Of a stretch of DNA of 36,184 nucleotides, positions 9,284 through 18,496 are shown in pieces. Numbering within the stretch: position 1 is the first letter of the stretch; each line of letters starts with the position of its first letter. Below the pieces are notes generated by a model, which saw only the letters and a list, made by a program, of their open reading frames with translations, did no database searches and had not been told where the DNA came from. Origin of the DNA: a virus (lineage: Duplodnaviria > Caudoviricetes); the IMG/VR virus record IMGVR_UViG_3300038829_000018, positions 1-36,184 of that record; one strand, written 5' to 3'. The translations under genes were made by a program, and so were the position numbers.

Positions 9284-9512
9284 CGGTGTTAGTTCATGTC
9301 AGTCTACTGGTAGTAAAGAGCCGGACTTTTATGTCTGTACTGTTTTAGACGATAAAATTGCAGAGTGTGTGAAAGCTGATAATACTGGTGATCACTACGA
9401 CATACCGATCATGAATGTTATTGGTTATCAATGCGTAGCTCCTGGTGACTACGCAGAGTTAAAAACTCATCATGCTTATTTGCATAACGAGCTTAACAAA
9501 AAAGCTAAATAA
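9231..9512 (+). CDS. Lipoprotein, putative outer-membrane spanin (Rz1-like)
   Basis: GAGGAG RBS; signal peptide ending in lipobox-like VSSC; three further Cys; overlaps the upstream gene. Confidence 0.6.
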   Translation: MHYAARVVSLLVILISTSGVSSCQSTGSKEPDFYVCTVLDDKIAECVKADNTGDHYDIPIMNVIGYQCVAPGDYAELKTHHAYLHNELNKKAK

Positions 9513-9514
9513 CT

Positions 9515-11761
9515 ATGAGTATAACATTAACTCAAGCAGCTTTAGACGCCTCTCAACAAAATGAGATACAGCCACAGTTAATTTTAGAGATCGACGGAGT
9601 TGATACAGTTTATGGTGTGCTAGTAATTAAGCGCACTATACTTGTCGGTGACTTATTATTAGGTGATCCGTTATTTATTTTAGGTGGTAAAATACCAGTT
9701 GAGAATCAAGAGACGATTATATCTTTTTCTTCAGGTACTTCATCTGAAATAAGTCAGACACTTAATTTAGATAAAGGTACAAACGAGTCTATATCTTCAA
9801 TGCGAATAGCGTTAGTAGATAAGAGTCAAAAGATTACTAGACTTATAACTCCAGGAGAGATCGTAACAGATATTCTAGGGCGTAAGGTTAAGATATGGAT
9901 GGGGTTACCGTCTACTGCATGGAAAGAAGATCACTTTGTTATTTTTAGAGGTATAATTGACTCTGTAGACGCTAAGTCTGGTGTAATTATACTAAATATT
10001 TCAAGTCCTGATAGCAAAAAGAAGACAGCAATATTCCCTAAAGGTAATACTGAGCTTACAACTGCAATGCTTGTAGGTGACACGACATCTATTGTTACAA
10101 GCTCGACTGGATTTTTAGCACCGTACATTGGTGCGAGTGGTGTTAACGATACTTCTTTAAAGTTTTATGTAAAAATAGACGATGAAATAATGAGATATAC
10201 AGGCACAACTGCTACTACATTTACTGGTCTTACTCGTGGTCAGCTCGGAACTGTTGCAGCGGCTCATGATATTGGAGCATCTGTTGAAAGCTTTTATACA
10301 TTAGAAGGAAACGCTATTGATTTAGCTTTAAAGATAATGTTGTCAGGCAAAAACGGTCCATATAAAACTGGCGTTACAGTAACTTCATTTAATAGAATTA
10401 GCTCAACGTCGTTAATAGATAATACTATTTTCTTTCAAAATATAGATTTAGAGACAGAGTATAATCCTATTGTAGGTGACTATATAACTACAACTGGAGC
10501 AACTAACGGTGCTAATAACGTAACTGATAAAGTTATTTCAGAAGTTGTGAAAGTAGATAACGGATATTATTTATTAATTGCTGGTGTTACTTTTATAGAA
10601 GAAGAAGCTACAAGTGCTGTAATTTCTTTTAGATCGCAATACGATGTATTAGGTCTTAATGCTGGTATGAAATACGATAACGATGAAGTGGATATAGCAG
10701 AACATTTAGATATTCAGTCGAGCTATTTGTCTTCTTTTAGTTATAGATTTTATTTAAAAGATACTATCGACGATGGTCAGGACTTTTTAGCTAGCGAGAT
10801 ATATAACCCAATGTCTACGTTTTCGATTCCTAGAAAAGCTAGATCTAGTCTTGGTATACATATCGGACCAATTCCAGGGGAAGATATAAAAGAGCTTGAT
10901 TCGACAAATGTAGTTGAGCCTTCAAAGTTAAATATACAGCGAAGTATTAATAAGAACTTTTATAACTCTATTATTTATAAATTTGATGAGAACGCTTCTG
11001 ACGATAAGTTTAAAGGTGGTCAAGTAACTATTGATGCAACATCTATTGCTCAAATACCAATAGGGAATAAACCTTTATTAATTGAGTCAAAAGGTATGCG
11101 CACTGATTTGTCAGCAATAAATAACTCTCAAATATCTGGTCAACGTAGGATTAGAAAATACAAGTTTGGAGCAGAGTACATACAAAATATAATGCTTAAC
11201 TTTAAAACTGGTTTTGATTTAGAGATCGGCGACAAGATCGTAGTCGATTTAGCCAGTCTGAGCATGACAGATATTAACTCAGCATCTAGAGATGGTGCTC
11301 CAAGGCTTTTTGAAATAAGTAATAAGAAATTTAATGTTCAAAAAGGGTCAATTGCAATTGATGTAGTTGACACCAACTTTAGTTTAGATGTGAGATATTG
11401 TTTAATAAGTCCGTCTAGTTTTGTTAAGAGTGGAGTTAGTCAGACGGAGTTTGTAATTGAACCAAGTTTTAATACTAGCAAGTACGGTACAAATGAATAT
11501 AAAAAGTGGGAAAAATACATTGGCGCATTTGTCAAAATACATAGCACAGACTTTGCCACAAGTGGCACAGGGAGTATTTCTAGTATCATTGGGAATACTA
11601 TTATATTGGATAGTGCTCTCGGTTTCACTCCTGCTAGTGGTTACATTATGGAACTAGGTGATTACTCGAGTCAGCCTGATAATATTAAATTAATTTATGG
11701 TTTTATGAGTGACGGTGTTACTAATTTTGCAGACGGCGGCATTGCATATCAAATGTCATAA
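9515..11761 (+). CDS. Large tail tip / baseplate hub protein
   Basis: 748 aa, beta-rich; VKIDDEIMRYTGTTATTFTGLTRGQLGTVAAAH module and C-terminal LEIGDKIVV hub-like segment. Confidence 0.7.
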   Translation: MSITLTQAALDASQQNEIQPQLILEIDGVDTVYGVLVIKRTILVGDLLLGDPLFILGGKIPVENQETIISFSSGTSSEISQTLNLDKGTNESISSMRIALVDKSQKITRLITPGEIVTDILGRKVKIWMGLPSTAWKEDHFVIFRGIIDSVDAKSGVIILNISSPDSKKKTAIFPKGNTELTTAMLVGDTTSIVTSSTGFLAPYIGASGVNDTSLKFYVKIDDEIMRYTGTTATTFTGLTRGQLGTVAAAHDIGASVESFYTLEGNAIDLALKIMLSGKNGPYKTGVTVTSFNRISSTSLIDNTIFFQNIDLETEYNPIVGDYITTTGATNGANNVTDKVISEVVKVDNGYYLLIAGVTFIEEEATSAVISFRSQYDVLGLNAGMKYDNDEVDIAEHLDIQSSYLSSFSYRFYLKDTIDDGQDFLASEIYNPMSTFSIPRKARSSLGIHIGPIPGEDIKELDSTNVVEPSKLNIQRSINKNFYNSIIYKFDENASDDKFKGGQVTIDATSIAQIPIGNKPLLIESKGMRTDLSAINNSQISGQRRIRKYKFGAEYIQNIMLNFKTGFDLEIGDKIVVDLASLSMTDINSASRDGAPRLFEISNKKFNVQKGSIAIDVVDTNFSLDVRYCLISPSSFVKSGVSQTEFVIEPSFNTSKYGTNEYKKWEKYIGAFVKIHSTDFATSGTGSISSIIGNTIILDSALGFTPASGYIMELGDYSSQPDNIKLIYGFMSDGVTNFADGGIAYQMS

Positions 11762-11779
11762 TAGAAAAGGAATTGTACA

Positions 11780-12661
11780 ATGGCGATTATCCCTTCAAAT
11801 CTAGACAAGCATACAGATGTAGAAATAAATTTCGATAAACCTTTATCGCAGCAATTATTAAATAAAATAGGTGCTAACATAAATGCGCTTATTGATGTGA
11901 CTGGTAACTATGTTGAGTTTTTATCAAGTACTACTTGGACTGTGCCAGAAGGCGTATCTCGCATATTTGTTTTAGGATGTGGTGGTGGTGGTGGTGGCGG
12001 TAATGGGAGCTCAACAGCAGGCGGCGGCGGCGGTGGTGGCGGCATAGTAATAAATTCTGCAATTAAAGTTACTCCTCTTGATGTTTTGTCTATCACTATA
12101 GGTGCTGGCGGGTCATCTTCATCTGCTGGTGGGATCTCTTCAATAGTAGGTACTGGAGTTAGCTTTTCGTTCTTAGGCGGCGGTGCTGGAGGAGACGGAG
12201 CTTCTACATATAATGGTTTTGCGGGTGACAATACTACAATAAATAATGGAGGCGCAGGTGGGACAGGTCACGATGACACGTCTTCTCCATTTTATTTTTC
12301 TTATGGTGGCGGCGGCGGCGGCGCCAGTATAGGAGCTGGTGGCGCAGGTGGGACAGGAGCAGCTTCTGCATTTTCAGGGTATATCGGCGGTGGCGGCGGT
12401 GGAGGTTCTTTGGACAACTCAACTGGATACAGCGCTGCTGCTGGATCAGGAACAATCTATTATCCAGTTAGATCATCTGGCGGCGGCGCTAGAGGCGGTG
12501 GTGGCGGCGGCGCCAGTATAGGAGCTGGTGGTAACGGTGGCGCTAACAACGTGAACGGATCTGCTGCTGCTGCAAATTCTGGCGGTGGTGGCGGCGGCGG
12601 CGGAGGAACTACGACAATAGGAGGCTCTGGCGGCTCAGGCTATATGTTGATAGTGTGGTAA
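11780..12661 (+). CDS. Glycine-rich tail protein
   Basis: FLSSTTWTVPEGVSRIFVLGCGGGGGGG ... GGSGGSGYMLIVW architecture typical of phage Gly-rich domains. Confidence 0.8.
   Translation: MAIIPSNLDKHTDVEINFDKPLSQQLLNKIGANINALIDVTGNYVEFLSSTTWTVPEGVSRIFVLGCGGGGGGGNGSSTAGGGGGGGGIVINSAIKVTPLDVLSITIGAGGSSSSAGGISSIVGTGVSFSFLGGGAGGDGASTYNGFAGDNTTINNGGAGGTGHDDTSSPFYFSYGGGGGGASIGAGGAGGTGAASAFSGYIGGGGGGGSLDNSTGYSAAAGSGTIYYPVRSSGGGARGGGGGGASIGAGGNGGANNVNGSAAAANSGGGGGGGGGTTTIGGSGGSGYMLIVW
12314..12531 (+). repeat. 29-bp direct repeat inside the Gly-rich gene
   Basis: ggcggcggcgccagtataggagctggtgg at 12314..12342 and 12503..12531. Confidence 0.9.
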
Positions 12662-12662
12662 T

Positions 12663-13190
12663 ATGCTTTATCAAATAAAAGAAGCTGCTGATAAAAGACT
12701 ACGAAGAGAAAAAGCATGGCAAGGGATATGCGTTCATCACACTGGACTTCCTAAAGACACGTCAGAAAACGCGCTAATTAAATTTAGTAAAAACATATTA
12801 AGTTTTTTATCAGCAAAAGATGACAGCTATGTATCAGCTCATTATGTAATATCAATCGGTGGAATTATAACTCAACTAGTAGATCCAGACACGCATGAGG
12901 CCTATCACGCTGGAGTTAGCAGTTGGTATGTTCCTACTTTAGGATTTTTCCAGCCAGATATGAATCGCTATATGATAGGAATAGAACTTGTTGGTGACGG
13001 GAATCTTTTAAAATACACTGACGCTCAATACGCATCTCTAATAGAGCTAACAAAACATTTAATGAATAAATATCCTACGATTCATCCTTTATGTATTGTC
13101 GGTCACGAACATATCTCAATTGGTCGCAAGGTCGATCCAGGAAAATATTTTGAGTTGAAAAGATTCTTTCAAGGAATTTATAAAGTATGA
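12663..13190 (+). CDS. N-acetylmuramoyl-L-alanine amidase endolysin (Amidase_2/AmpD-like)
   Basis: ICVHHT, VSAHYVI, AYHAGVSSW, IGIELVG, IVGHEHISIGRKVDPG motifs. Confidence 0.92.
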   Translation: MLYQIKEAADKRLRREKAWQGICVHHTGLPKDTSENALIKFSKNILSFLSAKDDSYVSAHYVISIGGIITQLVDPDTHEAYHAGVSSWYVPTLGFFQPDMNRYMIGIELVGDGNLLKYTDAQYASLIELTKHLMNKYPTIHPLCIVGHEHISIGRKVDPGKYFELKRFFQGIYKV

Positions 13191-13678
13191 GCGTTAAGTC
13201 TGCTTTAGAAAAATATTCGAGGAAACACAGTGGCATCATTAAAAAAAGACAAGTTAAGTCGAAAAACGAAAGACCAGAAAAAGCAGTCGAAAAAGAAGTT
13301 ATCCAGTGGTGTAAAATCAAAGGCTTTTCAGTCTCAGTTGTCGAAGCCAAAGCCGTTTATTCTCAATCCGCAGGGATGTATTTACGAGGACCAGTCGAAG
13401 CTGGTTTCGCTGATATCGTTGGTTGCACGAATAACGGCACCGCGTGCTTCATCGAGCTTAAAGCCATTGGAAAAAGATCCACGTTATCAAAACTTCAATA
13501 CAACTTCCTCATGTCAAAAATTAATCTCGGCTCCTTTGCTGTTTGCGTTGATTCTGCTAGTTATCTCAACACTGTGTTTGATATATGGAGCAGCATCGTA
13601 AATGTTGACGCTAGAAAACAATATTTAATAGATTTACTACCAGACAAGTCAGATAAAGACGATGAACCAATATTCTAG
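13187..13678 (+). CDS. VRR-NUC (PD-(D/E)xK) nuclease, likely Holliday junction resolvase
   Basis: EKAVEKEV, AGFADIVG, FIELKA, LSKLQYNFL motifs. Confidence 0.85.
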   Translation: MSVKSALEKYSRKHSGIIKKRQVKSKNERPEKAVEKEVIQWCKIKGFSVSVVEAKAVYSQSAGMYLRGPVEAGFADIVGCTNNGTACFIELKAIGKRSTLSKLQYNFLMSKINLGSFAVCVDSASYLNTVFDIWSSIVNVDARKQYLIDLLPDKSDKDDEPIF

Positions 13679-13886
13679 ATTTTTACCAGCAGGGACTATT
13701 TTAGTATGTCCATGTTGCGGTAAAGAACAGGCTTTTATATCAGTAGACATTTATCCAGATCAGTCATTGGACTGGAGAGTAATAGTTCCGAAAGAGCAAA
13801 ACGCCATACTAGGCGTTTCGTCTTGTTGTAACGAAAGATACATTACGTTTGAAGGATTATTCAGTTGCGACTTCGGAGCTTATTAA
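13662..13886 (+). CDS. Small Cys-rich (possible zinc-binding) protein
   Basis: CPCCG and SCC motifs; last + strand gene, with its stop overlapping the convergent gene. Confidence 0.55.
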   Translation: MNQYSRFLPAGTILVCPCCGKEQAFISVDIYPDQSLDWRVIVPKEQNAILGVSSCCNERYITFEGLFSCDFGAY

Positions 13887-14365
13887 ACTGCACCAAAGAA
13901 ATCAGCTTTATCAATATCAGGTGCTATATTTTGAGCTGTAACAAAATCAATCTTTTTATTTAAATAAAATTCATTTTTCTTTTTACCGTTATATTCGCTA
14001 GCATAAACTTTAATTTTATAACAGCTTCCAACTAACTCAGACGCTTTTTTTGCAGCATTTTCTAAGCTCTTAGCTTCAGAAAGACTTGCTCCTAAAATAG
14101 ACATATAAGTTTTAACGAATTTAACATTACCTTCAGACTTATTATAGAAATATAATGACTTCCATAAGCGTCGATTTTGATAAGCTTCGCTATTAGTAAT
14201 TCTAAATTCAAAATCTAACTGCATACCTTTAGAACCAGCAACCAGAGTTGCTTTTGAAAGAGTTGCTTCGTACTCACCGTCTGGTAGTAGATCAAATTCC
14301 TTTCTGTGAATATCAGTTTGCGCAGTATTCGGTTCAGATGCGAAAAATTCGTTAAAGTCGTTCAT
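13883..14365 (-). CDS. Single-stranded DNA-binding protein (DUF669-like)
   Basis: FDLLPDGEYEA, EFRI...YQNRRLW, acidic/aromatic C-terminus; adjacent to a Sak4-like ATPase; AAGGAG RBS. Confidence 0.8.
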   Translation of the reverse strand: MNDFNEFFASEPNTAQTDIHRKEFDLLPDGEYEATLSKATLVAGSKGMQLDFEFRITNSEAYQNRRLWKSLYFYNKSEGNVKFVKTYMSILGASLSEAKSLENAAKKASELVGSCYKIKVYASEYNGKKKNEFYLNKKIDFVTAQNIAPDIDKADFFGAV

Positions 14366-14366
14366 G

Positions 14367-15065
14367 TTAAGCTCCTTGTGTTTTGTTGTTAATAAAATCT
14401 CTTACTTTATTAGCGTTCATTGGCATTATTTCAGGCAACTTACCGCTTCTGTCACCAGCTATTATCCGGTCAGTACCTTTTGATCTGATAAGTCTATTAT
14501 TACTATTGTCAGTATAAAAGTATAAAATATAATCAACAAGTCCATTAAATAAATTTTCATATTTTACTGGAAGGTCTGGATATATTATCCCTTCTTTTTC
14601 TTTTTTTAAATTAACATGAGAAATAAAAATTATTCCTTTATTTATTTGACCAAGCATATTTATTACAGATGAAAACTCACGATGTATTTCTCTAAAAATG
14701 TTACCGAACTTTCCTTGAGATTCATCAGTAACCCCATGCTTTTTAAACACATAAGATTCGCACCAGCTTATTAAATTAGACACAGTATCAATTGCTAAAT
14801 ATGAAAAGTCCTTAGCTCCATAAAACTCTTTTAAACAAGTTCTAAAATCTTCCCAATTAGACGGTTTATTACCATTAGCAGTAGTCCACTCGTAAACTTC
14901 CAAAAACTTATGCCCGTTTTCAGTAGCGAAGAATAATACCTTATGCTGCTCGTCTCCAAACTCTGAAGTGAATGTGCTTTTTCCAGACTTAGGTTCTCCA
15001 TAAAATAAAAAACTAGCTTTATGAATGTTGTCTGATATTTTTGATTTTGAAGTTGGCAGAGCCAT
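14367..15065 (-). CDS. Sak4-like (AAA_24) ATPase / recombination protein
   Basis: Walker A YGEPKSGKST, ATENG, Walker B LAIDT, IIFISH, AGDRSG; GGGGG RBS favours the ATG at 15065. Confidence 0.85.
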   Translation of the reverse strand: MALPTSKSKISDNIHKASFLFYGEPKSGKSTFTSEFGDEQHKVLFFATENGHKFLEVYEWTTANGNKPSNWEDFRTCLKEFYGAKDFSYLAIDTVSNLISWCESYVFKKHGVTDESQGKFGNIFREIHREFSSVINMLGQINKGIIFISHVNLKKEKEGIIYPDLPVKYENLFNGLVDYILYFYTDNSNNRLIRSKGTDRIIAGDRSGKLPEIMPMNANKVRDFINNKTQGA

Positions 15066-15106
15066 AATTTCCCCCGTTGTTGTTTTCAATCTAATTTAGT
15101 TGATAA

Positions 15107-15406
15107 TTACTTAGACTTATCAGAAGTGTCAACATTAGAAGTTGCTCTAAAAGCTTTATCTCGCTCTTCGCGCATATCTTTAAACTGCTGGTATCTGTTA
15201 TACAATTTCTGAGCGTCGATACCGCTACTGTGACCAGCTTGCACATAATCATACGCCTCTTGAGTGTCGTTGTGACGTATGTACCAAAGTATAGATAAGG
15301 CTGGAGTCATTAGGTCGGCAAGTTTATTTATTTCATTATCATATCGCTTGTGAAATTCTATATTATCTTCACGCTCTTGCTTTTCATCAATTTGCTTACG
15401 ACTCAT
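15107..15406 (-). CDS. Hypothetical protein
   Basis: Coupled to the upstream XRE gene by overlap. Confidence 0.65.
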   Translation of the reverse strand: MSRKQIDEKQEREDNIEFHKRYDNEINKLADLMTPALSILWYIRHNDTQEAYDYVQAGHSSGIDAQKLYNRYQQFKDMREERDKAFRATSNVDTSDKSK

Positions 15407-15657
15407 TTTATACCGCTAACTTGTCTAATATGATGTGCAAAATCCGCAACTAAAGACTCAATTATTAGACATTTATCGAACATAAGCGCACGAGATATGC
15501 GTCTTATCTTATCAAATGGAGGTCTCATTTTTCCGCTTTCGATTTGATATACTACTCTAGAATCAGAGTATCCTATAAGCTCAGATAGCTTTTTCTGAGT
15601 CATTCCTAATTTATTTCTATTAGCTTTTATTAAAGCTCCAGTGCGTTCAGTTTTCAT
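15403..15657 (-). CDS. XRE-family helix-turn-helix regulator
   Basis: IKANRNKLGMTQKKLSELIGY...VYQIESGKMRPP. Confidence 0.9.
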   Translation of the reverse strand: MKTERTGALIKANRNKLGMTQKKLSELIGYSDSRVVYQIESGKMRPPFDKIRRISRALMFDKCLIIESLVADFAHHIRQVSGIK

Positions 15658-15726
15658 TTAGATTTGTCCTCTACTGTCGTGGGATAAGTAACCATCTAGC
15701 CACCATATAAATTGTTGTGATGTCAT
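15658..15726 (-). CDS. 22-aa small ORF MTSQQFIWWLDGYLSHDSRGQI
   Basis: Exactly fills the gap: overlaps the upstream stop (ATGA) and abuts the next start. Confidence 0.5.
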   Translation of the reverse strand: MTSQQFIWWLDGYLSHDSRGQI

Positions 15727-15968
15727 TTCCAATATCCTTCTGTGTTTAATGCTTCTTTGTTTATATAGCAATATTGAGGACGACGATAACAACTTAACTT
15801 GTCTTCAGAGTTTTCTTCAAAATTATATGGAGGACTTTGATTCATATGAACGCACAAGCGTTTAATTACTTTTGCAGTTTCATAACTCCAACACTCTTTA
15901 GATCCACCAAGACCATGATTGTACTCATCATCATAACAGCCAGTGCACATAGATTTTTCTTTCTTCAT
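15723..15968 (-). CDS. Small Cys-rich hypothetical protein
   Basis: GGAGG RBS; CTGC plus four more Cys. Confidence 0.7.
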   Translation of the reverse strand: MKKEKSMCTGCYDDEYNHGLGGSKECWSYETAKVIKRLCVHMNQSPPYNFEENSEDKLSCYRRPQYCYINKEALNTEGYWK

Positions 15969-16612
15969 TTCTTACCTCCGTATTTTTCGTCAAACTTGGC
16001 TATTGTAGACCTAGCTAAATTAAATTTATCGACACATAACGCAGCACTAAATCCGTTAGGGTCTATATCTGCATAAAATTTCAATGCTGACCTCAACTCC
16101 AATGCTTCTTGCATCAATTCATCAATACCGTCATCAATCTTAATTTTAGAAATCCTAGATAATACTAACTTTAAATCTTCATTTTCTTTTTTCAAATCAG
16201 AATAATCCTTGCCATCACGTTCTGCTATCTCTTTACAGAGTTCTATTTCTTTTCTAAGCCTTACATTCTCATCTTTTAAAATAGTAATACCTGTAACCGC
16301 ACATACATACTCGTCATTGTTTTGAATGTTCCATTTTACTACTTCTTTTAGACTTTCGATTTCTTTACTGTACTTACCTAAAGTAGATTCCTCATAGTTT
16401 CTAATAGTGGCTAGGTCTGCTTTTAACTCATCATTTTCTTTTTTAAAATACTCACGACACCAATCGGCTCCGTTAGAAAATGCCTCTGCACGTTCATCAT
16501 TTATCTCGTACTTCATCATTGTTTCGTACCCAGAATGATCTTTCCCATTACATTTCGGTTCATATATATGCTCAGATAAAGCTGCTTTCTCTCGCGCTTC
16601 TTCGTATGTCAT
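15965..16612 (-). CDS. Hypothetical coiled-coil protein
   Basis: GGAG RBS and ATGA coupling at 16612; AFSNGADW motif and recurring KKEN..LK segments. Confidence 0.7.
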   Translation of the reverse strand: MTYEEAREKAALSEHIYEPKCNGKDHSGYETMMKYEINDERAEAFSNGADWCREYFKKENDELKADLATIRNYEESTLGKYSKEIESLKEVVKWNIQNNDEYVCAVTGITILKDENVRLRKEIELCKEIAERDGKDYSDLKKENEDLKLVLSRISKIKIDDGIDELMQEALELRSALKFYADIDPNGFSAALCVDKFNLARSTIAKFDEKYGGKK

Positions 16613-16824
16613 AACTCTCCAATCCAAATAAACTCATTTTTAATTAAATGCTTATCTATATACTTCGGATACTTCTGACGCTTTTTGTACCACACTTCAA
16701 CTCCCATTAAAGTATGTAAAAAAGATGGAAAGTTAGTAACTAAAGTAACTTGAATTAGAAAATCTAACTTTGGATCGTAATACACGCCTGATTTAATTGG
16801 TTCTGGTAATACTGCGAAGCCCAT
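16609..16824 (-). CDS. Hypothetical protein
   Basis: Abuts or overlaps both neighbours in the operon. Confidence 0.6.
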   Translation of the reverse strand: MGFAVLPEPIKSGVYYDPKLDFLIQVTLVTNFPSFLHTLMGVEVWYKKRQKYPKYIDKHLIKNEFIWIGEL

Positions 16825-17205
16825 CTAATCAGCAACACTTCTTGCTAATTTTGTAAATGGATCGTATTCACGTTGTATCTTAATCACATAATCACCTGGA
16901 GGAATAATTCTAGGATCATGTTCTTGGTGCCTTAGCTCTACTGACTCTATAACTTTTAAAAATCTAACTCCGTCGTTACCAACGCGCAAATCAAAACAAC
17001 CACCTTGAGGCATATCAGTCATCATAAATAATTTATGGCTATGTCCGGTAACTTCTCCATAAGCTAGCGTATCGTTTTTTTCTTTAGACATATTTTTAAA
17101 CTCTATAGGAAGATCAGAAATCTTTTCGATAATCACATCACCATGTAATGCCTGTGAATTTTTAAAAACTAATTCTTTTTTATTGTCTGTTTTAAACTCG
17201 TGCAT
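16825..17205 (-). CDS. His-rich partner protein of the DUF6745-like gene
   Basis: HGDVII, LAYGEVTGHSHKL, LRHQEH, PPGDY, QREYDP motifs; AAGGAG RBS before the ATG at 17205. Confidence 0.75.
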   Translation of the reverse strand: MHEFKTDNKKELVFKNSQALHGDVIIEKISDLPIEFKNMSKEKNDTLAYGEVTGHSHKLFMMTDMPQGGCFDLRVGNDGVRFLKVIESVELRHQEHDPRIIPPGDYVIKIQREYDPFTKLARSVAD

Positions 17206-17215
17206 ATTTTTCTCC

Positions 17216-18358
17216 TTATGCTCGTAAATTTGTTCGTTCATACTTCATACTTTTAAAATTATCATATCCTCTTCTCCATAAGTCAGCTTCAAATATTGTG
17301 TTGCATTCCGGTAAGACAAACTCAAAATGTTTTTTGTCCTCGCTTGGATTATTCATCTCGAATAGCCGCTCTTTAGACCCCTCTATTTCTACCTCATGCA
17401 ATTTATAAATCAGTTCTGATTCATCTAGAATACCTTCGGAGATAACTCTAGACTTTAACTTTGACAAAATCTTATCAATGCCACATTTTTTAATTGCCAT
17501 TAATCGTTGCTCAACATTAATAATCGCCATTATTTTTTCTGGATCTAATTCCTCTTTAGGAGTAGTAACAACCCATTCGTTTCCGCACATTCTTACACCA
17601 TTTAAAAGATATATTCCAAAACCATCAGACCATTCAATAGCCATTTTATTTTCATTATGCATTTCACCAGTTTCATCGAATGATATTCTAATTGGCTTTT
17701 CAGATACGATTATAAAATTATCAAATGGAAAAATATAACAACTGTTTTTTGATAACTCGAAAGTAGAATTTAGTTCTGATATATCGACTCCTATGAATCC
17801 CATGAAATCTCTCCATGAGTTATACCCAGACCAAAAAGACGTGCCTACTCGAGCTGTCCAAACATCGGATATGTTTTTGGCGTTAACCTTGGCGTAAACC
17901 TTGGCGTCAACCTTGGCGTCAACCTTGGCGCGAACCTTGGCGCTAACCTTGGCGTAAACCTTGGCGTAAACCTTGGCGTCAACCTTGGCGTGAACCTTGG
18001 CGCTAACCTTGGCGCTAACCTTGGCGTCAACCTTGGCGCTAACCTTGGCGTAAACCTTGGCGTCAACCTTGGCGTCAACCTTGGCGCTAACCTTGTCGTA
18101 AACCTTGGCGATAACCTTGTCGTAAACCTTGGCGTCATTTTCTGACAAAATAAAAGCTCCGTACAAAATAGACTCGAAAGGGCTTCTACAAAATATCACT
18201 GTTGCTGGCGATTCTAAATCACTTTGCTTGTAATAATCTGGTATACACTCTAAAACTTTATCAACATCAGTTGGAGACGTTGATAAACCTATATCTACCC
18301 ATTTACTCACAAACTCATCAAATTTAGACTCTTGATCTTCTGTTAATTCTGTTATCAT
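17216..18358 (-). CDS. DUF6745-like protein with internal (AKVX)n repeat
   Basis: N-terminal MITELTEDQ...KWVDIGLST; C-terminal IVSEKP...GEMHNENKMAIEWSDGFGIYLLNGV...IINVEQR. Confidence 0.75.
   Translation of the reverse strand: MITELTEDQESKFDEFVSKWVDIGLSTSPTDVDKVLECIPDYYKQSDLESPATVIFCRSPFESILYGAFILSENDAKVYDKVIAKVYDKVSAKVDAKVDAKVYAKVSAKVDAKVSAKVSAKVHAKVDAKVYAKVYAKVSAKVRAKVDAKVDAKVYAKVNAKNISDVWTARVGTSFWSGYNSWRDFMGFIGVDISELNSTFELSKNSCYIFPFDNFIIVSEKPIRISFDETGEMHNENKMAIEWSDGFGIYLLNGVRMCGNEWVVTTPKEELDPEKIMAIINVEQRLMAIKKCGIDKILSKLKSRVISEGILDESELIYKLHEVEIEGSKERLFEMNNPSEDKKHFEFVLPECNTIFEADLWRRGYDNFKSMKYERTNLRA
17877..18136 (-). repeat. Tandem array of 21 full plus 1 partial 12-bp units (+ strand TTGGCG-NN-AACC)
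   Basis: Read directly; 10 of 12 positions are constant apart from TTGTCG in two units. Confidence 0.98.
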
Positions 18359-18496
18359 TTTTATAACTCCGCTAACTTATTTTTAATATTGGATCCTATT
18401 CCTTCTCTAGGCATAACATTTTACCCTCCTGTTAAAAAGTACTGGTCGTGTATTACTTCAGATTCTGAGTGCACTCATCGTCTGACATATTCCACT

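Noticed and set aside
11908-12455. Pro-rich and Arg/His-rich antisense ORFs here, at 143..347 and at 35359..35652
   Set aside because: Reverse-complement shadows of GGC/GGT glycine codon runs.
13075-13601. Overlapping ORFs 13075..13350 (-) and 13230..13601 (+), and similar nested ORFs elsewhere
   Set aside because: They overlap well-supported genes and lack an RBS or recognisable motifs.
17887-18132. Dense CCTTGG (CCWWGG) sites as a restriction-enzyme decoy
   Set aside because: An automatic consequence of the repeat unit; nothing else supports a decoy role.
17877-18136. CRISPR array
   Set aside because: Units are 12 bp with 2-nt variable parts, lie in frame within a CDS, and no cas genes are present.
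17845-18138. Alternative-frame ORF of PRFT/PRLA/PRLT repeats
   Set aside because: Shadow frame of the repeat inside the 380-aa gene, with no RBS.
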